From: Candidatus Bathyarchaeota archaeon
GTDB taxonomy: Archaea; Thermoproteota; Bathyarchaeia; Bathyarchaeales; Bathycorpusculaceae
NCBI GenBank assembly: GCA_963782525.1
Contig: CAWAKC010000003.1
Coordinates: 320,001-384,000 of the forward strand
DNA: 64,000 bases
Reading direction: 5' to 3'
A program made the translations under genes and the position numbers. How positions within the stretch are numbered: position 1 is the stretch's first letter; the number at the start of each line of letters is the position of its first letter. Shown here piece by piece: positions 59,417-64,000 of the stretch. A model generated the notes under the pieces. That model saw nothing but the letters and a program-made list of their open reading frames with translations, made no database searches and was not told where the DNA came from.

Positions 59417-62218
59417 TTACGGTCGTTTCCTAAGCATTAAGACGACGATAGCGCCGACTATGGCTATTGCAATGATTATGGCGGCTGTTGAAAGGGCGAA
59501 GTACATTTCTGTATTTGACTGGGCTTGTGCTGGTGCTGGGGACGTTGTTGGTGCTGCTGCGCCTACGTATGCGATAGTATTGGCGCTTGAACTGCCGTAA
59601 GAACTTGATCCTTTGAAGGACGCAATTATCGTGTACTGCCCAGGCACGTCTGGAGTTGTCCACGAGTAGCCAAAGCTGCCGCTTGAATCACTTACTGCGT
59701 CGCCGATATGGATGATGTTGCCGTTGGGGTCAATAGCGTCTATCGATACTGGTACACCGGTTGCGTTTGACGGCTTCGCTTGCTGTTCGTAGATGTATTC
59801 CATCCATGCTTCCTGGCTCTCGTCTGATACTGCGGGGATTCCATTGGTGTAGCCCAATTTGGGACCGTTTGTCTTTGCACCCGGAGACATATCACTTACT
59901 GTACCAGAAATCACGTAGGTGGACCCTGCCGGCATACCTGTCTGTGGCGCAGAGACAGTAGTTGCACTTGGCCCTTTGCCGATGCAATATATCAGGTTGT
60001 CATAGTCACTCGCGGTTACGATGTAGCCATCTGCGATGCCATAGCCTGTTAAGAAGACAGCGTAATTCGCTAGTTTCCAAATCTGTGCTCCATCGGTTGC
60101 GTTTATGCAGTAGATGTATGAGCTGCGCCAGTTGGGTTTAGTGGGAGAGTGCTCGGATGTGTATGTGTAGATTTTTCCGTCGCAAACCGCGCTTATGAAG
60201 ACTGGTTGATTATCGCCGTATGGACTCTCGTAAGGCAAGGCTGTAGCGTTCCAAGTCCACAATTGTTGCCCTGTCTGTACGTCTAAAGCCATGATCTCTC
60301 CTGCATAGTTGTAGTCTGCAAGGACTTTGCCGTAGTATATGTTACTACTTACGCCGTAGTAGTACATCTGCTGAGTGGTAGCTGTATTTGGTCCCCACAA
60401 AAGGGTTCCATCTTTCAAGCTGTAGCCCCATAGCTGACCTGTTTGTTTGCAGTTCAAGATGAAAACTTGGTCGTCATAACTTATGCCGCCCAAGAGCCAG
60501 GTATAGTTCAGGCCAGGTAATGGAACCGTCAATTGTTTGTTGTAAACCAGAGTAGCTGTGAAGCCAAGGTTGGTTTGCCATGTGGAAGGTAGGCCGGGAT
60601 AAGGACTATAATCTGCTGCGTGGTCGTTAATGTTCACAAGCCATACTGAAAACGTGTCCGGTGAAGGTCCACCGCCGATTGAGCTGGTTCCTATGCTGGC
60701 GTAGCCGAATAGCTGTTTCGGAACACGATTATCGTCTTGCAAGACTGCAGTGAAGCCCACTGACGATGCACCGTAAGCAGCGGAAACAGGCAGGTTCTTG
60801 TCTATTGTTACGTTCATTGAGTATCCAGAATGCGGTTTGGACATCGCGGCCAGTAAATCCGGCTCTAGACCAACACTCCAGGCTCCGGGAGCCCACGAAG
60901 TATCGTTGACAGCGTCTATTACTCCTCCTATGCGAGGTTTCCATTGTTGTTGCGTTGTTCCTATGGCTCCCCCTGGATAGATAGCTTGGCTGGAATTCCA
61001 GCAGAGTACGTTGCCTGTGCTAGGATTGTAGCTGTAAATCAATAAGTCTCCGTTTTCGTCCACCGCAGACGTACCTGATGGCACGTTTTTCAGCGTAAGC
61101 ATCCAATTTCCTGTTGCCGCATCAAGCATGTACCATGTGGTGCCGGACTGCATCCAAAGGTATGAGAGCACTCCATTTCCGTTCACGCCGTACCAGTGGT
61201 AGAGTTGTCCTTGGGTCAGCCGCGGAAAACTCTGAGAGAGAGCAGGAGCCCCTCCTCCAAAAGCGCCAGTTGTAGGGGCGGTTATACCGTTGAGGCCGTT
61301 GTCAGTGCCGTTCTTATACCATACTATTTCTCCTGTGTATAGATCTCTGCAATAGTATCCGTACTGCACACTGTCGCCGACGGCTGGTGTATTGTAGTAG
61401 ATTTTTCCGTTCATAATAATCTGCGATTGGAATGACTGCTCGTAGTCTTCAGGGTTCGAGGAGATACCAGGCCACTGTGCGTCAAGAATGCCTCCGCTGC
61501 GAGCTGGCTGTATATCCTGTGTCCACATTATGTGGGCGCTTTCCGGTCCGGTCCCCGCTGGTTGGAACCCATAGGGATTCCAGCCGCCTCCACCGCCAAA
61601 CGCACTGCCGCCCAGCCAGTTGCTCGCGAGCATCGACCATCCTCTGTTCATGTCGTTTATTGGCACTTCCCAGTAGTCTGTTGGAAGCGCAGGTTCTTGC
61701 CAACTAGCTACTGGCTCTTGTTGTACGTTAAGATACGCTGGTTTGCTTGTGGAACCTCCGTAGAAATCACCGATGGAAGGACTCGTCGGGACAGCAGGGC
61801 TGGCTTTTACTGTTTCTCCGGGCCAGCTGAATATGATGGTGTAATTGCCGATCTGATCTGGGACGTATACTTTAGAATCGGCGCCGACATCACTTGCGCA
61901 TTGAAATGGTCCGATAGTATCGTTGGTTCCGTCTGGTTTTATAATGTCGATTTTGAAGCCGTTCCAACGCTGTCCGATTCCACCGCCAGCAGTCGGCGAA
62001 TACCTATCAACCCACACTACAATAGTTGTGTATTGGCCGAGGCCGACGGTGCTTGGTGACAAAGCAACGTAAGCGTTCGTTGGAACATTCATTGCGTTAA
62101 CATTTGGCAATGCATAGCAGTTTACGGCAATAGTTAGCATCAGAATTAAAGCAATCAATGAAAGAAGTTTCTTGTGAAACAATTTCATCTTTCTTATTTC
62201 CTTAAAAGTATAGTACAC
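59417..62218 (-). CDS. Secreted PQQ-type beta-propeller repeat surface protein (paralog 3; start probably MKLFHKK)
   Basis: GPESAHIMWT, IIMNGKIYYN, EHSPTKP, EAWMEYIYEQQAKPSNATGVPV; TM + RKRP. Confidence 0.88.
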   Translation of the reverse strand: MYYTFKEIRKMKLFHKKLLSLIALILMLTIAVNCYALPNVNAMNVPTNAYVALSPSTVGLGQYTTIVVWVDRYSPTAGGGIGQRWNGFKIDIIKPDGTNDTIGPFQCASDVGADSKVYVPDQIGNYTIIFSWPGETVKASPAVPTSPSIGDFYGGSTSKPAYLNVQQEPVASWQEPALPTDYWEVPINDMNRGWSMLASNWLGGSAFGGGGGWNPYGFQPAGTGPESAHIMWTQDIQPARSGGILDAQWPGISSNPEDYEQSFQSQIIMNGKIYYNTPAVGDSVQYGYYCRDLYTGEIVWYKNGTDNGLNGITAPTTGAFGGGAPALSQSFPRLTQGQLYHWYGVNGNGVLSYLWMQSGTTWYMLDAATGNWMLTLKNVPSGTSAVDENGDLLIYSYNPSTGNVLCWNSSQAIYPGGAIGTTQQQWKPRIGGVIDAVNDTSWAPGAWSVGLEPDLLAAMSKPHSGYSMNVTIDKNLPVSAAYGASSVGFTAVLQDDNRVPKQLFGYASIGTSSIGGGPSPDTFSVWLVNINDHAADYSPYPGLPSTWQTNLGFTATLVYNKQLTVPLPGLNYTWLLGGISYDDQVFILNCKQTGQLWGYSLKDGTLLWGPNTATTQQMYYYGVSSNIYYGKVLADYNYAGEIMALDVQTGQQLWTWNATALPYESPYGDNQPVFISAVCDGKIYTYTSEHSPTKPNWRSSYIYCINATDGAQIWKLANYAVFLTGYGIADGYIVTASDYDNLIYCIGKGPSATTVSAPQTGMPAGSTYVISGTVSDMSPGAKTNGPKLGYTNGIPAVSDESQEAWMEYIYEQQAKPSNATGVPVSIDAIDPNGNIIHIGDAVSDSSGSFGYSWTTPDVPGQYTIIASFKGSSSYGSSSANTIAYVGAAAPTTSPAPAQAQSNTEMYFALSTAAIIIAIAIVGAIVVLMLRKRP

Positions 62219-63065
62219 TTATTGTACAAGGGGTTGTTTACTTGTCTGGGAATTTAAATCTTTTGCAAATTTCTTTTTTACTTACATAAAAAATTAGACC
62301 GCCATGTAATAATTAAGCAAAGTATTTTGAGATTAACTGCAAATTTTTAGAGGTAGATTGCCGCTTTTTGGCGAGAAAGAAAGTTTAGCGCTGGCTATTT
62401 GTAGTTGCATTGTGTAGCCACATTAACTTTTATTTTCTATTGAGTTAATTAAAAGTAACGCTTTATATGTTGGGCAGGTCTGGCGGCTAATAGGCGACAA
62501 GATCCCCTCTCTCTTCCACCGTTTTTTGCCTTATCCCCTTTAGCGTGAGGCTAAGCCTCTTAACAGCTATTTTCTCTTCTTGGGCTCAAGTCCACGGTAT
62601 AAGGGTTTGATACATATCCGTTTTTGAAATTCCTTCTTAAACATCTGCTCGAACCTAGGTTTGAGGAGAAAGGAGAACTTCTCACCATAAAATAGATCCC
62701 TGAGGTTTGTATGTTGGTTGAAGAAATACTTGATATGATCCTAAACAGCCAAGACGGCGACTATGTTATTCAAGTCCAAGGCTTGCAGGCATGCAACCCG
62801 CAGGCAGGAACATTTATAGTAGTTTTTGGCTCAGCTCTTCAGCTAGAAATTGATTAATTGTGCACCGTTGGGTTTCTTGTCGTTCACAGAATTGAAAAGT
62901 CTTCGCTGTGTCAAACCCTTGCGATCTTAATTTCATGAATTTGATTGCTCTCCAGGTAGCCAAGGAGATTAAACGGCTTAATTTGGAACCTGTAGAAAGC
63001 ATGGCAAAGTTTTCTCTTGAGGCAAGTATTCTTCGTTCAAACATATTTAAGATCTATTTTTCGTT

Positions 63066-63180
63066 GGAAGAAGAAGACAACAGTGCTGTGTGCAGGAGCC
63101 ATTCTCTTCTTCTTTCAACTAATTCATTACTTAGAAGAACAACAACACTGGAAAATTGTTTGTTGTTGTTCTTCTTCCAA
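63066..63180. repeat. Two palindromic elements
   Basis: GAAGAAGAAG...CTTCTTCTTTC and AGAAGAACAACAACA-CTGGAAAATTGTT-TGTTGTTGTTCTTCT. Confidence 0.8.
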
Positions 63181-63433
63181 TCAATTTTCAGTTAGGATGG
63201 CGATTTGTGTCCGAGTTCCTGCCTTTTGCGGCTTAGGGGGTAACTGAAAAATTTAAGTGCGTTGTGAAGAGACTATTATTTAGGACAGAGTTATTGCCAA
63301 AGTTTCTTGTTGGTTCTGGCGGTTGCTTATTTCCAAGTGCCCAATAAGCCGGCGTTGAAGGCTTACTCTGAAGTATTCAATTTTATAATCAGGATGTAAC
63401 TCTTCAGGCATCAGAATCAAAACTCCTTAATGG

Positions 63434-63682
63434 TCAAATAAGAACTAAGCCATGCTCAACGTTAGGAACAGCTTCAGATTCAGGCTGACCAAAAAGCTTT
63501 GCCAACTCATCAGTAATCGCATTAATATCAGTTCGACAAACAGTCTCGCCGATCAAGCGATCACGAAACTCAGTCTCCCTAATATATTGCCAAGCCGCAT
63601 TACGCTGAACCTTAAGCGCTTTGAAATCTTGCTCCCGCTGCCGCTGACTGATTTTTCCCTGCAAACTTCTTTTATGAGGCAT
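63434..63682 (-). CDS. Hypothetical protein, possibly mobile-element derived
   Basis: 82-aa ORF, followed by an SD-led 43-aa ORF (63280..63411, MPEELHPDYKIEYF...). Confidence 0.45.
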   Translation of the reverse strand: MPHKRSLQGKISQRQREQDFKALKVQRNAAWQYIRETEFRDRLIGETVCRTDINAITDELAKLFGQPESEAVPNVEHGLVLI

Positions 63683-63900
63683 AACAACACCATAACGAAA
63701 TTATGAACAATGACAGAAACCACTGCAAACCGTTCACGCTCCAGCTAAGGAGGCGAGGAAAACTAAACGCTTGCCTGCACGAGGCTAACCCGATAGATGA
63801 CACTAATAAGCGCTGGCTTTAAGCAATTGCACGGAAGAATACTTGGCAAAATTGCTTCAAAGAATTTTTTTCGAAAGTAATTAAGCAGTTTTAGCGTTGC

Positions 63901-64000
63901 GAATTGTCGGAGTATCGGGAAGACGTCAAAGAAAACGCCCATGCGACCGACGCTTTGAGGTATTCTCTGCCTCTTGAGTTGGAAGAGAAGCCGTTTCTTT
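63901..64000 (+). pseudogene. Fragment resembling the C-terminus of a tailed-virus terminase large subunit
   Basis: ELSEYREDVKENAHATDALRYSL matches the K.nDHa.DAlRY nuclease motif; in-frame TAG just upstream (63892-63894). Confidence 0.5.

Noticed and set aside
56209-62218. Diversity-generating retroelement acting on the surface-protein paralogs
   Set aside because: No reverse transcriptase and no TR/VR pair differing only at adenines was seen.
62480-63044. Possible degraded gene on the minus strand
   Set aside because: Multiple stops and no recognisable motif; cannot be supported.

Overview
Archaeal chromosome segment, most likely Bathyarchaeia (TACK). The assignment rests on the archaeal AlaS, TiaS, TrmI, TFB, a Snf7/CdvB-like ESCRT-III, a Cren7-like protein and three paralogous PQQ-type beta-propeller surface proteins. 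Bases 1-38.5 kb are mostly housekeeping (P-type ATPase, trmI, rubrerythrin, grpE-dnaK, alaS, tiaS, pyrG, malic enzyme). They also hold a microprotein-rich patch around a frameshifted tfb paralog and several intergenic hairpins with C/U-rich loops (candidate sRNAs). From about 41.5 kb to the end is an accessory region where gene modules are separated by clusters of (GAA)n...(TTC)n-type imperfect palindromes, several reused as direct repeats bracketing individual genes. The top candidate is 53894..55660(-): signal peptide, six NHL repeats, a TM helix, then a ~210-aa C-terminal domain that by eye follows the motif order of bacterial gasdermin pore-forming domains. It sits inside a perfect 51-bp direct repeat. 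All family calls are by-eye recognition; no searches were run. Several 1-2 bp frameshifts may be assembly errors.
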